Positions 49,999 to 61,859 of a DNA stretch of 64,000 nucleotides are shown piece by piece. Location of the stretch: assembly GCF_018977255.1 (NCBI RefSeq), contig NW_024704742.1, positions 66,032,001 through 66,096,000 of the forward strand, in the 5' to 3' direction. This stretch comes from Callorhinchus milii (Eukaryota). How positions within the stretch are numbered: position 1 is the first letter of the stretch; each line of letters opens with the position of its first letter. Position numbers and translations under genes: made by a program. A model generated the notes under the pieces. That model was not told the origin of the DNA. It saw only the letters and a program-made list of their open reading frames with translations, and searched no databases.

Positions 49999-50410
49999 GA
50001 CTCTCGTCTCTGAGTCAGAAGGTTGTGGCTTCAAGATCCACATAGGGACTTTGAGCTCACAGTCTATGCTGAACTCCAGTGCAGTGCTTTAGGTGCGTAT
50101 CATTATCAGAGATGTCGTCCTTCGAGATGAGACTTAAACTGAGGTCCTGTCTATTTGTTCAAGTAGACATTAAAAATCCTATGGCATTATTCAGAAAAAT
50201 AAGGGAGTTTCTCCTGGTGTCCTGGTCAATAATCCCCTAGATAAAAATGGTCATTCACTTTTCGGGATATTTCTTTGTATAAATTGGCTGCCACATTTAC
50301 CTACAGAATATACTACAGAATTGCTACACTTTACAGTAAATACTGTGAGGCACTTTGAGATGTCCTCCTGTTGTGAAAGGGGTTATTATCAAATACGAGG
50401 TTTATTATTA
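49999..50410 (+). mobile_element. SINE-B, head-to-head with the preceding SINE-A
   Basis: CTCTGAGTCAGAAGGTTGTGG...GAGATGAGACTTAAACTGAGGTCC...tail. Confidence 0.88.
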
Positions 50411-50639
50411 TTTACTCTCTCCAGTGCCAAATTGTCTAAATTGCAATATGCAGCTTTGTATACAGTCTGTACGTGAGACTGGACCAGTGCTTTGTGTACA
50501 TTCCTGTGACTCACACAAGGGAACTTGCCTAAGGAATCTGCCCGGGAATCGAAACCGGGTCCTCTCGCTTGTGAGCGAGTGCTCTAACCAATATGCTATA
50601 GAACTTGAATAATACGGCATGTTAGTTTGTTTACTGCTA

Positions 50640-50985
50640 CCACAGACCTTGATGATCCTTTCAACAATCTCTCCTCAAGCACTCCCAATTCTCTCTCCTG
50701 CGTCATTACCAACAGACTTATCATTTGATTTATGTTCCCATTGTCTACTGGAAGTGAACATCTTCCCCAACCACATCACTCTGCTTTTGTCCACATGAAA
50801 CAGTATTTGCCACTCATCAGTCCAACTCCCTGACTCCCTTTCCATTTGGTCAGTCCGTTCTCCGATATTTCAACCCAATTTTATTTCATCAGCAAACTCA
50901 GATATCTTGGTTTCTGTGCCCACTTCCACATTTTGTATGTACAGTGTAAGCAGCATCAGAACCAACAGTGATCTCTAAGGTGCCA
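50640..50985 (-). mobile_element. old CR1 RT fragment
   Basis: minus strand GATATCTGAGTTTGCTGATG (ISEFAD, matching ISKFADD). Confidence 0.6.
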
Positions 50986-51555
50986 TTTCTTTGACACCGG
51001 CCGTTCCTAAAAAATTAAAATAAAAAGTTTGTTAATTCTACACAGCATTTTCTTTAACTTGGCTGCAGTCCAAGACACTGAGACAGATTGGCTCTGGACC
51101 AGAGATTTTGGTTTTCGTACAACACAGACTCCAGTGTGAATGTGCAGATTCCTTCAAGTCACTCCATGACCAGACTGGAAATTCTGGAGTCCGCACAATC
51201 TGCAGTGTTCTCTGTTAATAGATAATGTACAAAAATTGTTATGATTCCAGCAACGTGCGAATTGAGACTTGCGTTAATGTCAGGGAAGTGAAGGCAGATT
51301 CATCATCTGATTGAATCACAGGGCTGATGTGCTTTATAGTACTTCTAAATCTTGTGTGGTCTTTTCTACCCTGTAAACATCGAAAGGACGTCCCAAGGCG
51401 CTGGACAGTTAAGGGTTTGCACCTGAAAATAAAAAATTAAATTCATTCATTTTAAATTATTTTTTTCCCCACATATTTGACCCGTGCATATGATCATCTA
51501 CATCTCCCTCACCCTTCTCCACTGGTATTCTATTCATCCCTGTCACTGTAAATGT

Positions 51556-51936
51556 TAATAATAATAATTCTTGCATTTGATATAGTGCCTTATCACATCT
51601 TTGAGATGTCTCAAAGAGCTTCACGGAATATACTGTAAAATGAACTGACTGTATATTTTATAGGCAAAAAGTGGCAGCCAAAGCAATCAGCAGTGTCCCA
51701 CAAACAGTCGTAGATTGAGTGAACAAATTATTATTTATTTATTTTTAATTTGAAGGGATTATTACCCCCAGAAAAACGATCCGCCAATCGACTAACAACC
51801 AGGTTCCGACTTACTGCTTGGTAAACAGAGGTGTGTGGAGTAAGGAAATTTGACGAAGGTTTCGCTCTGCCCAGGAATCAAACCCAGGTCCTCTCACTTG
51901 AGAGGTCAGTACTCTAACCATTAAGTTATGGGACTT
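51556..51936 (-). mobile_element. SINE-A long form
   Basis: tail, CORE-like segment, head. Confidence 0.9.
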
Positions 51937-52055
51937 CATGTTATTCTAGGGGAAGTGTACTATATAAATGCAAACTGTTGTTACTGTTGTTTTGGAACAA
52001 TGGCACATCGACTGTTTTGGCCCAGGGTCTGGAGAGAGAGGGGAGAATAGATAGA

Positions 52056-52069
52056 GCACCTCCTAGTGG
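52056..52069 (-). promoter_or_regulatory. candidate CTCF site
   Basis: GCACCTCCTAGTGG (minus strand CCACTAGGAGGTGC) resembles the CTCF core CCASYAGRKGGCRS. Confidence 0.5.
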
Positions 52070-52669
52070 CGGGGTCTGCAATGGGAGCAGAATTCTTGTT
52101 AATTAAATCTACTGTTCCGACCACAAAATATATAGTCAATTTACTTTACAGTATATTCTGTGAAGCGTTTTGAGCCATTTCAAAGAAGTGATGAGGCTCT
52201 ATATTAAATGCAAGGATTATTATTATTCCACTCTTCAATTCAGTTTTGGAGCTGTGAGATTTCTTTAATAATTCACAGAGAATCATAAAGAATGCTACAG
52301 TACCAAACAGGCCATTTGGCTCGACTAGTCCGTGTCGGTGTTTATACTTCACATGAGCCTCCACCAGTCCAAATCCCCTCTTCCCTCTCCCTCCAATACC
52401 TTTCTTAATGCCTTCCCTCTCGTGTATGCCGGTTGTTAGTTTTGCTGGTCTGCAGATTGTGCTAATATGTGTTTGTTTCTGACTGTGTTTATTTGTTCGC
52501 TTTGACTTAAGAATAATTGGAATAAGCCGCCTGTGATTGCTTGTAATTCTTCCGTTATGGGAGCATGGTAGGAGACTATGTGGCTAAACAATAGCAGATT
52601 GTTGATTTTGGTTCTGAGAAATTGTGCTATTATAAAGAGCCTTAAAAGTCGCATTTATATGAGAATATA

Positions 52670-53100
52670 ACAATGTTTACATTTGATATAGTACCTTATC
52701 AAGCGTTGAGAAGTCTCAAAGTGCTTCACAGTATATAATGTAAAATGCTGTAACTATGTGTATTTTGTGGGCTAAGGCGGCAACTAATTTGCACAATGGC
52801 TTAAAAACAGTCATGACGAAATAGCTAATGACCAATTTTATTTGGGGGATTGTCGGCCAGGCCACTGGGAGAAACCTATTTTCTTTTTTCAAATAATGCC
52901 ACCTGGACAGGCGGACGGGACTTCGGTTTAACGTCTCATCTGAAGACCGGCGCTATATCAGTGCTCCTCCAACACACGACATTGTATTGGAAAGTGAGCC
53001 TAGACTCAAAGGTGTGTGAGCTCAAAATCCCTGATTTGAGCTCACACACCTTAGGCTTAGAACCCACAACCTTCTGACTTTGAATGAGAGTACTATCAAA
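52670..53100 (-). mobile_element. SINE-B containing an 18-bp perfect inverted repeat
   Basis: CGGTTTAACGTCTCATCTGAAGA; GAACCCACAACCTTCTGACT. Confidence 0.82.
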
Positions 53101-53240
53101 TGACAACACTTGTAGAACTTAGGAGAAAATGTCTGCGTTATTTGAAATGAGTCTTTCAAATGGAAGTTTTGGATGACCTTTTGAACTTAAACTTTCCAAT
53201 AACTCTTAGTATTGATAGCAAATGTTGTAAATTTCCCTGT

Positions 53241-53640
53241 GTCAGCCTGGCTCAGTTGGTTGCACCCTCTTCTTTGGGGTCAGAGAGTTATTGCTTCAAG
53301 CCCCATGTTGAGACTTTGAGCTCACATTCTGGCTGATTCTTAATTGCAGTGTTGGGGGGAGAGGTGAATTGTCGGAGGTGCCGTCCTTCAGGTGAGATAT
53401 TAAACCGAGGTCCTGTCTGCCTGTTGAAGTGGCAGCCGACTATTTAACGCAGTGTCCTGGCCAACAATTTACCTTCTGGCTGTTCGCGTACACATTGCTG
53501 TGTGCTAATTGGCTGCCGCATTCGCCCACAAAATACTTTACAGTATATCCTGCAAAGTGTTTTTTAAAGCCAAGATCCCATTTAACTGTTCAGGTGATCG
53601 AAGGCGCTGTACCAAATGTAAAAGTGATTATTATTATTAA
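53241..53640 (+). mobile_element. SINE-B, near full length
   Basis: GTCAGCCTGGCTCAGTTGGT head; GTCGGAGGTGCCGTCCTTCAGGTGAGATATTAAACCGAGGTCC. Confidence 0.9.
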
Positions 53641-54296
53641 TCATTGTGAAGTGCTTTGAAACGTTTCAATGTTAGAGGCATGATATCAAATGTGAGGCTT
53701 GTTGCTATGATACGAATTGCCTTGTATGAATAGTGTGAACTACAAAGGGACGCAGAGCAAAGCTCTTTGCTCTGAGCTCCTCTGGCTGGTGCCCCCCCAG
53801 ACAAGGATTATTCCATTCATCAGCACTTTTGCTTCCTATCGCTGAACCAGTTTTCAGTCCAACTTGTCCAATTTGCCATTAGTTCTGTGATCTTCTATAA
53901 AAACCTCAATAGTTTTACTTTGCTAAGCCCTGTTGGAAATTAGCCTCAGGTGAGCTCTGCTGACCATTTATTTGCTTCTGCTATGTTTACGGAAGGAATG
54001 GTGAATGTACTATGTTTGAATGTAGTCACAGCAAGGGAATAGGAGGAAATAATTGGCCATTTTATTTAAGTTTATTTGCTGTTTTACTGATTTTCAGTGA
54101 AAGACACTTGGATTTTTAAACCCTACTGCACTTAAGATAAGGCTTTTCAGCCTTGAAAAGAAACGTCTCTAAGGGGACTTAATAGAGGTATGTAATGTAT
54201 TGAGTAGAATTGATAAAGTAAACTCAAAACAATATGTTCAGCAACAACAACTTGAAATTTAAATAGAGCCCTACACACATGGTAGTCTCGGCTAAG

Positions 54297-54885
54297 CAAC
54301 AACAACAACAACAACAACAAGATTCCATTTATAAAGCGCCTTTCACGTCAGGAGGACATCCCAAGGCGCTGCACAGTTGGGTCATGACCCGAGCAGGGGG
54401 GAAATGGTCAGGGGGAGGGGAGGGAGGGAGCGAGGAGGGGGGAAATGGTCAGGGTGAGGGGAGGGAAAGGAGGGAGCAAGGAGGGGGGAAATGGTCAGGG
54501 TGAGGGGAGGGAAGGAGGGAGCGAGGAGGGGGAAGAGAGTCGAGAGGGAGCTGAAGGCTCGGTCAAAGAGAAAGGTTTTGAGACCGGCCTTGAAGGAGGA
54601 AAGGGAGGAGGCGGCGAAGGCACTGGGGATGGAGTTCCAGAGCCTCGGGGCTGAGAGGCTGAAGGCCCGACCACCGATGGTAGGGCGGTTGGGGCGGGGG
54701 ACGTGGAGCAGACCAGAGCCGGAGGAACGGAGGGTACGGGCAGGTAGGTAGGGGGATAGTAGGTCAGAGAGGTAGGAGGGAGCGAGGCCGTGAATGGCCT
54801 TGTAGGTGAGGATGAGGATCTTGAAATCAATCCTCTGGGGATGGGGAGCCAGTGGAGGCGAGCGAGGGTGGGAGTGATGTGTCAA
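54297..54885 (-). mobile_element. young L2 3' end with triplicated G-rich 3'UTR unit
   Basis: ORF 54382-54885 (QRIDFKILILTYKAIHGLAPSYLSDLL...WNSIP...FKAGLKTFLFDRAF); (CAA)n tail. Confidence 0.95.
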
Positions 54886-55442
54886 GTGGGCCAGTAGGCT
54901 GCAAGTCTGGATGCGTGAGGGCAGAGAGGAGAAAGGGGGGAGGGTGACAGTAGGCAGGGTTGAAGAGAAATTTTTTCTTAAGATGGGTAAAAAGAGGGCA
55001 ATTTATAGATAGATATATTTCCTGATTAATCTCTATTTCCTTATTTTTCACAGATTATTATGATATTGTTTCTCAATGTCACTTTTGCTGGTTGATGTTC
55101 ATACCAGTTGGTCTTTACATCATTATTAAAGTGTTTACAAATTGTACAGTGAATATCTAGTTACGTTATTATGTCTAACCAGAGACGCTGATTGTGCTGA
55201 GGCTGGACATGATGACAATATGTTATTATTGGTGTTATAACTGTGAGTAAATGCCCTAGTCAGTTTGCTCCCATATTGGCCTTCCAACAGCCATGAACTG
55301 CATGACTATTTTATTCAGGGAATTGCCAGGTCGCTGCAAACATCAGCTGAGTATCAGTCACTTGATGGCATTTTTCTGGCTCTATGCAATAAATTGCCTG
55401 CATTAAAAAAAAGAGTCACTATGCTTCCCTACACTTATCATT

Positions 55443-55862
55443 GCTCAGATGATTGCACTCTCATGTCTGAGTCAGCAGATTGTGGGTTCAGGCTCTACAT
55501 TGAGCTCACAGTCCAGGCTGCCACTTCAGTGCAGTGTTGGGAGGAGTTGCATTATTGGAGGTGCTGTCCTTCAGATGAGACATTAAACCACAAAACCATC
55601 TGTCTGTTCAGGTGGATGTTAAAGATCCCATGGTACTGCTTGAAATGCAAAGTGAGTTTCTCCCGATGTCCTGGCCAACAATCCTCTGGATAAAATCAGA
55701 CTTTCACTTCATTGGCTGTTTGTGTGAAATTTTCTGTGTGCAAATGGGCTGTCATGTTCGCCTACAAAATACACACTCCAATGTAAGTATAACCCTTGAA
55801 GCACTTGCAATGTTCTCCTGATGTGAAAGCCGTAATATCAAAGGCAGGGATTATTATTATTA
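55443..55862 (+). mobile_element. SINE-B, near full length
   Basis: head, Deu-like block, (TTA)n tail. Confidence 0.9.
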
Positions 55863-56727
55863 CAATCTGTGATAATAATTCCATGGGAAGCACTCTGAGC
55901 CGTTGTGAGGGGTTACAAAAGTGCCCCCTTTCTTCTCTGAGCAAGGAACATTCTAGAACAGCAGTGGGAGGCTCGGTAAATGTTTGCTGAATTTTAAAAA
56001 AGGTCAAGGTTGGAGTCATGTTGTTGACTCTCAAAGAGGAGAATGCGAGTGACTGGGCCAGTGATCATTCTCAGTAAATTCCTGAGGCCGGCTGAAACCT
56101 GCTGCTCAGACTATAACATAGAAGTCCTCACAAGCCAGATCAGAGCCGGGGGGACTCTTTATGTCTGTCAGGGAAATAATTTGACTGTTGTGAGTTTTAA
56201 ATGAATTCTGCAATTCTCCTTGTTTAAAGTGCCTCCAGTATAATAATGCCACGGCCACTCTCAAGCCAGATTGGCATCTATTAAAGCAGGCCCGTTTGGC
56301 TGGGAAGGAACAGACAGTTTCTTAAAGGCTGTGTCAAGAGAGGACTAACACCTTGTGTCCCCTAGTTCTCTCCCCCCCACCCAATCAGGAAGCCCAGCAT
56401 GGGGGTGGCGGGGGAGCAAACAAAACATCTTGGGATAAATAGTTTGGCAGGATTGGGTCGCTGTGCAGGGATGAAGCTTTTAGATTTAATAATGAACTTG
56501 AGTCTGAAGAATGGGTCTGAGGTAATTAACAAAGTCTCTGTGAAATCTCAAGAGAGCTCGAGTAGTGAGTGGGGAGAGGAAAGGGAAGGGGCTGGCCGGG
56601 GAGAGGAACAAAACGACTCAATTAGCATAACGTGTAAACCTGAATGGAATGGAACGGCTGGATAGGTGGTAAGCAAATGTAATCACGGCACTCTACCCCA
56701 TCCCCCACATCCCCTCGCCACAAAACC

Positions 56728-56791
56728 CCTTTGAAGCCTGTCAATCAAGCGCAGAGAGAAAGATGCCTGTCAAAGCGTACCCGTGACCTTG
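56728..56791. promoter_or_regulatory. candidate enhancer core (TCF/LEF, PBX-PREP/MEIS, nuclear receptor motifs)
   Basis: CCTTTGAAG 56728-56736, CTGTCAATCA 56738-56747, CTGTCAAAG, TGACCTTG in repeat-free DNA. Confidence 0.4.
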
Positions 56792-57970
56792 GCTTCTTCT
56801 CTCCAGGTGTTGACCGGATCCTTGGCCGCCGTGGCTCTTTGCGCCTGAAATGAATGACTAGGACGCGTTCTCACTCCCTTTCTTTGGCCCCAAAATGAAG
56901 CGAAACTCCTCTCCATTGCCCTTCCTGCTCCCGCGTTGCCTCCCATACAATGCCAAAGCCCATCGCACTCCGAGTGAATGGAGGGAGACAAAATGGAAAG
57001 CACAAAGAGGGAGCTCCTAATGAGCAATTAGGGAAGGGAGATTTTTTTCCTCCCCTTTATTTCTTGTCAGACCTTTCCTTTACTTCCTTTCTCTCTCGTC
57101 TCCTGCCTCCCTCCTCCCTCTCCCCATACACAAGACGCTTTTGGAAGGGCTGTTTCAGCCAGCCAGCCAGAGCAAAGTGCTGACAATCCCGCAACGATGC
57201 CAACCCATTCCCGTGGCCTCGCAGTGAGAGGGGAATGTGGGGGCAGTGGGGGCTTCAACAATAGGCACTTGAGCCACTTTGGGTTGACAGCTCTGATCAG
57301 TGCACAGCACCCCAGAGGTGGTGGCTCACTCAGTGGACGTGGATGGTAACTGAAACTAAGCAGCAACTCAGCAGCTTCCTCCTATGTCTCCGCAACACAC
57401 AATGTCAGAACAGCCGCTGCAATATCCACCTTGTGTACATACATACGGTTCATCACAAAGAATCCAAGAGAGGACCTGGAATCGTAGGAACCACAGCAAC
57501 AACACTTATGTTTATATAGGGCCCTTCATGTGCGATAATGACTAAAAGCACTTCACGGTGGCAGGGTTGGACGCTGAGCAGGGGAGAAGGGGGAGGTGAC
57601 CGTATTAATAAAAATAATCCACAGGCGCGGTCGAAGAGATGAAGAGATCACAAAGTTTTCTGTAAAGTGCAGTGACTCTGTATATTGTAGGCAAACACAG
57701 CAGCCAGTTTGGACCCAGCAATGTCTCACAAACAGCCAGTAAATGATCAATTTTATTTGGGGCACACTGGGAGAAACTCCCTTCTCTTTATTGTTATTAT
57801 TATTATATATTATATATATTATATATAATATAGCTTCCGTTAAGACTTCTTTTGCCCACAAAACACACAATCATTCCAGTATATACTGTGAAATGCTTTC
57901 AGACGTCTCAACGACTTGATAAGGTGCTATATCAAATGCAAGGAATATTATTTTTATTGTTATCAAATGT

Positions 57971-58200
57971 CCACACACCTAATAATAATCCCTCCAAAAA
58001 AACACAATAATAAATTGGTCATTTTCAATCCACGACTCTTTGTGGGACACTGCTGTGCGCAATTGGCTGCCGCGTTTTGCCCACAAATATACAGTCAATT
58101 CACTTTACAGCATATTCTGTGAAGCGCTCTGAGACGTCTAGAAGACGTGAAAGGCGCTATATCAAAGTCAAGGATTATTATAATCATTATTATTATTATT
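57971..58200 (+). mobile_element. SINE-A short form, 5'-truncated
   Basis: CCACACACCTAATAATAATCCCT junction; tail. Confidence 0.88.
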
Positions 58201-58844
58201 GATATTACTTTATTGTTATTATTATTGTGCCATGGGAACTTTAACATTCACCTGTCGGGACCTCAGTTTCCTGTCTCATTCAAAGGACAGCATTTGTAAC
58301 TACTTGCTCAAAGTCCCAACGTGGGGCTTCATTGCAGATTGCTTACTCAGAGGCGAGAGTGCTACCACTGAGGTCAGGCACACACCTAAATAGTGAGGTG
58401 CTGGTGGCTTCCACTCCCTCCCGGAATGCATTAATCTCCACGATGAAGTCGGGTTGCACATTTCATTTTGGTTAGTGAGTGAGAGTGTGACTTTACTCAG
58501 AGGATGTTTCGTTCACTCGAAAGCTGTGATCTGGAGGAGGGGTGAATAAGTAGTCTCTGGCGCATCTGAGCACATTGAGAATTGATACATCACATGTGGT
58601 TATACTCAAAACACACATTAGGTCTGATTGTTACACAATCTCATGTACTCCGTTGCCATCTCCTAAACTGATTACAGGAAGGATTCCTAAGGTGATGCTC
58701 TTTGGTACTTTTGTTTTGGTCAGTTGGGTGTCTGATGCACGTGGAAACCCACCGCCGTGCCTCAGAGTATCCAAATCAGACATACATGCAGGCCAACCTA
58801 CATAAGGAAATTTTCCCTTTGTCTGGATTGGAATGTGTCCTCTC

Positions 58845-58997
58845 TTGATAGATTTTTGTTAGGTAGGCGTATAAAGTGATATGGAGCAAAGATGGACAAA
58901 TGGAGTTGAAGTACAGATCAGCCATGATCTAATTCTAATAGGATGGCGGTACAGGCTCGAAAGATTGAATGGCCTACTACCATTTCTATGTTCCTAT
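58845..58997 (+). mobile_element. CR1 3'UTR fragment
   Basis: CAGATCAGCCATGATCT...TTCTATGTTCCTAT, as at 23035-23106. Confidence 0.85.
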
Positions 58998-59869
58998 AAA
59001 ATGGGTTCTGTGTACAGTTCCTGGTTATTATGCAGACCGGCTTCACACAGTTTTAAACACGAGCGCTTGCTCCTGTGAAAGATCTCAAAATGTTATCATC
59101 ATGCAAATTACCCTGCACAGTATTTTTAACAGATTGTCCTGATAACAGAAGCCCCCTGTCTTCCTGAACAGAGGAAACAGTATTTGTTTTCTCAAGTTAG
59201 CTGCTGCCTTTGACTGTGTAACAGCGTCCACTTTCATTTCCAATCTATACTAGCTTGTGAAGGGCTTGAAGCTGTTTATTTTTTTGCGTGAAAAGCGCTG
59301 TATGAATGAACTCTGGTTGTCATTATTGTGGAGTGATGGTTTGCTGGCTGAACGCATCCAAGAGCAGTATCAATGTGTAGCAAAGCTACGTGGTCAGGCT
59401 TACAAAGTGCAAAGTCCCTCCAGTGAAAACTGGTTGTAAGAAAGCCTTTGGTGAAAATCATTTTGCCTCAGCAGAGCAGCGTATTAAGGGATTAATTCGA
59501 GAACGACCCAGAGACGCCATTAGGTGAATAGCTAATTAAGCTGCCTCACTGAGCACCTTGTTATCTCCTAAACCTTTATTTAATGTGCCGTAATTACTGA
59601 GAGTAAGTATTCCCCTTAGCTATTATCCTTAGCCTCCCTCTGACAAAACCTCACTTCACAACACACCAGCACACCATGTGAGCTCACGCGTCAAACAGTG
59701 GATGTGGGAAAGTCCATTGAGGAGATTTCACTTGGAATAAGAATTTGCCTGGCAGCTTCCAGCAAGTAACAACAACAACTTGTATTTATATAGTACCCTT
59801 CATGCAGGATAGCATCTCGGAGAACTGTCATGTGAGGACGGGTGAGCGACAACGGAGAGAAGAAGGATT

Positions 59870-60185
59870 ATGTATCTGTGTGTGTATGTATGTGATTGAG
59901 TTGTATGTGAGTGTGTATTGTAAAGTGTGTCTGTACAACAACAACAATAAAAACAACTTGCATTTATATAGCGTCCTTCACATGGGATAGCATCTCAGAG
60001 CACTTATATAAATCATCTATGTAAATGGATGTGTATATAAATGTGTGTGTAGATTAATAAGTGTGTGTGAGTGTGATGTGAATGTACAAGTGAATGTATC
60101 TGGTTGAGTCTGCACGTAAAAATGTGATTGTGTGTGTGTGTATGTAAATGTGTGGTGATAGTATGTATATCTAAGTGTGTGGAAT
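59870..60185. repeat. TG-rich low-complexity tract with embedded L2 tail
   Basis: degenerate (TG)n; ACAACTTGCATTTATATAGCG at ~59953. Confidence 0.85.
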
Positions 60186-60839
60186 GTCTAATCTAAAGGA
60201 TAAATAATAATTAAACTGCAGGAAAACAGAGATCTGACTTTGACAACAAAATCCCTGGGATTTTGTCGTTTTTTTGGAATTCTCTGGTTACACTGCCAAG
60301 CTCCCGGGTGCCAATGTAAACACAGTATAAGTCCCATTAGCTAAACCTAGACATTGTAATACACTGAGCGGCTGGAGTGCGGTACACTAGAATATATCCA
60401 CAATCACTCGAAGCAAAAGAATCAAGCTTCGGAAGGAGCTTGACAGATATAAATGGGAGAATTGGTCTTATCAGGCACATCGTATTATGAACCACCCACT
60501 CGTAAAGAATAATGAAGTTCAAAACTGACACTTTCCCAGAATTGTGATTGATACAAAACCCTGACGTCAAAGGCACCTCAGGCTAGCCTTCTGCAGCAGA
60601 CAAACAATGCCCCCAGCCAGCTCCCACACTGAATCCTCGCTCTGTTGCTATAGCAGAGCAGCCATAGCCAGCAGCAATCCGGCAGATACAGGATGATAAA
60701 CGCCGAGGAACACAGGGTCGTCGGGCAATCAGTCGTTCAGACAACTTGAACAATCACCAGTGTCGTCTTGATCTCCCTTGTTCTCAGCATCAAGACCACT
60801 GCTTTAAAATGTATGATGGTGCAGAATTTTTAAAAATCA

Positions 60840-61012
60840 CCAAAGCGCTGGACAGGCAAGGATGTGCACAACAGCTGGAGGTTGGGATCAGGAAGGGTGG
60901 AGGGCAGGGAAGGTGGGGGTAGGAGGGTGACAGAAGGCGCAGTCGAAGAGGAAGGTCTTGAGATGGGCCTTGAAGGAGGCAAGGGCGGGAAGCAAGGCGG
61001 AGGGACTGTGGG
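60840..61012 (-). mobile_element. L2 3' fragment
   Basis: GTCGAAGAGGAAGGTCTTGAGATGGGCCTTGAAGGAGGC. Confidence 0.85.
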
Positions 61013-61211
61013 ATTAAACTGCGTTTAAAGGTTTGTGGAAAATCAACTTCCAAATCAAGTCTGAATTTTCCCTAAATTTCTTACATTTCAGACAATGGTC
61101 TTATGGCTAAGACAATGGGAATTTATGGCTCCTAGAACCCCAAGGCATGACTCTGTTTCAAAGTGACCTTCTGACCATTAATACTCCCTATGTATTGTAC
61201 AAACATTAGGA

Positions 61212-61228
61212 GTCAGCCTGGCTCAGTT

Positions 61229-61259
<31 letters not shown>

Positions 61260-61859
61260 GAGAGTTCAAATCCCACGTTGGCACTTTGAGCTTGCAAAGG
61301 CTGACATTCTAGTGCAACAACAACAACAACAACAGGAACTTGCATTTATATAACACCCCTTCAAAAATGAGTAGCATCCCAGAGTGCTTGCACTGCTCCC
61401 AGTGCAGTGTTGGGGGAGCGCTGCATTGTCAGAGATACCGTCTTTTGGAGACGTTAGACACGATCGCATCTACTGGTACAGATAGATATTAAACATCCCA
61501 TGGCACTACTTGAAAAGAGAAACGATTCTCTCCTGGTGTCCTTGCAATTTTCCTGGTGTCCTTCAGATGAGATGTTAAATTGAGGTCCTGTCTTCCTGCT
61601 CAGGTGGACATTAAAGATCCCGTGGCACTATTCAAAATGAGAAGGGAGTTTCTCCCGGTGTCCTGGCCAACAATCCCTCAAATAAAAAAAATGGACATTC
61701 ACTTCATGGCTGTTTGTGGGAAATTGCGGTGTGCAAATTGGTCGCTGCATTTGGTCATGAATAGACACTCCACTTCACATTAACTCCTGAGAAAGTTAGC
61801 TTTGAGACTGCTTCCAGATGTGAAAGGTGCTATTCCAAATGCAAAGATTATTATTATTA
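61212..61859 (+). mobile_element. SINE-B composite with nested minus-strand L2 tail (~61315-61390) and a repeated Deu-like block
   Basis: head GTCAGCCTGGCTCAGTTGGTAGCACTCTTGCCTCTGAGTCAGAAGG; block seen at ~61435-61545 and ~61560-61670. Confidence 0.9.

Noticed and set aside
58495..58530. Second hammerhead-like motif (...CGAAAGCT)
   Set aside because: No CUGANGA core and no convincing stem II
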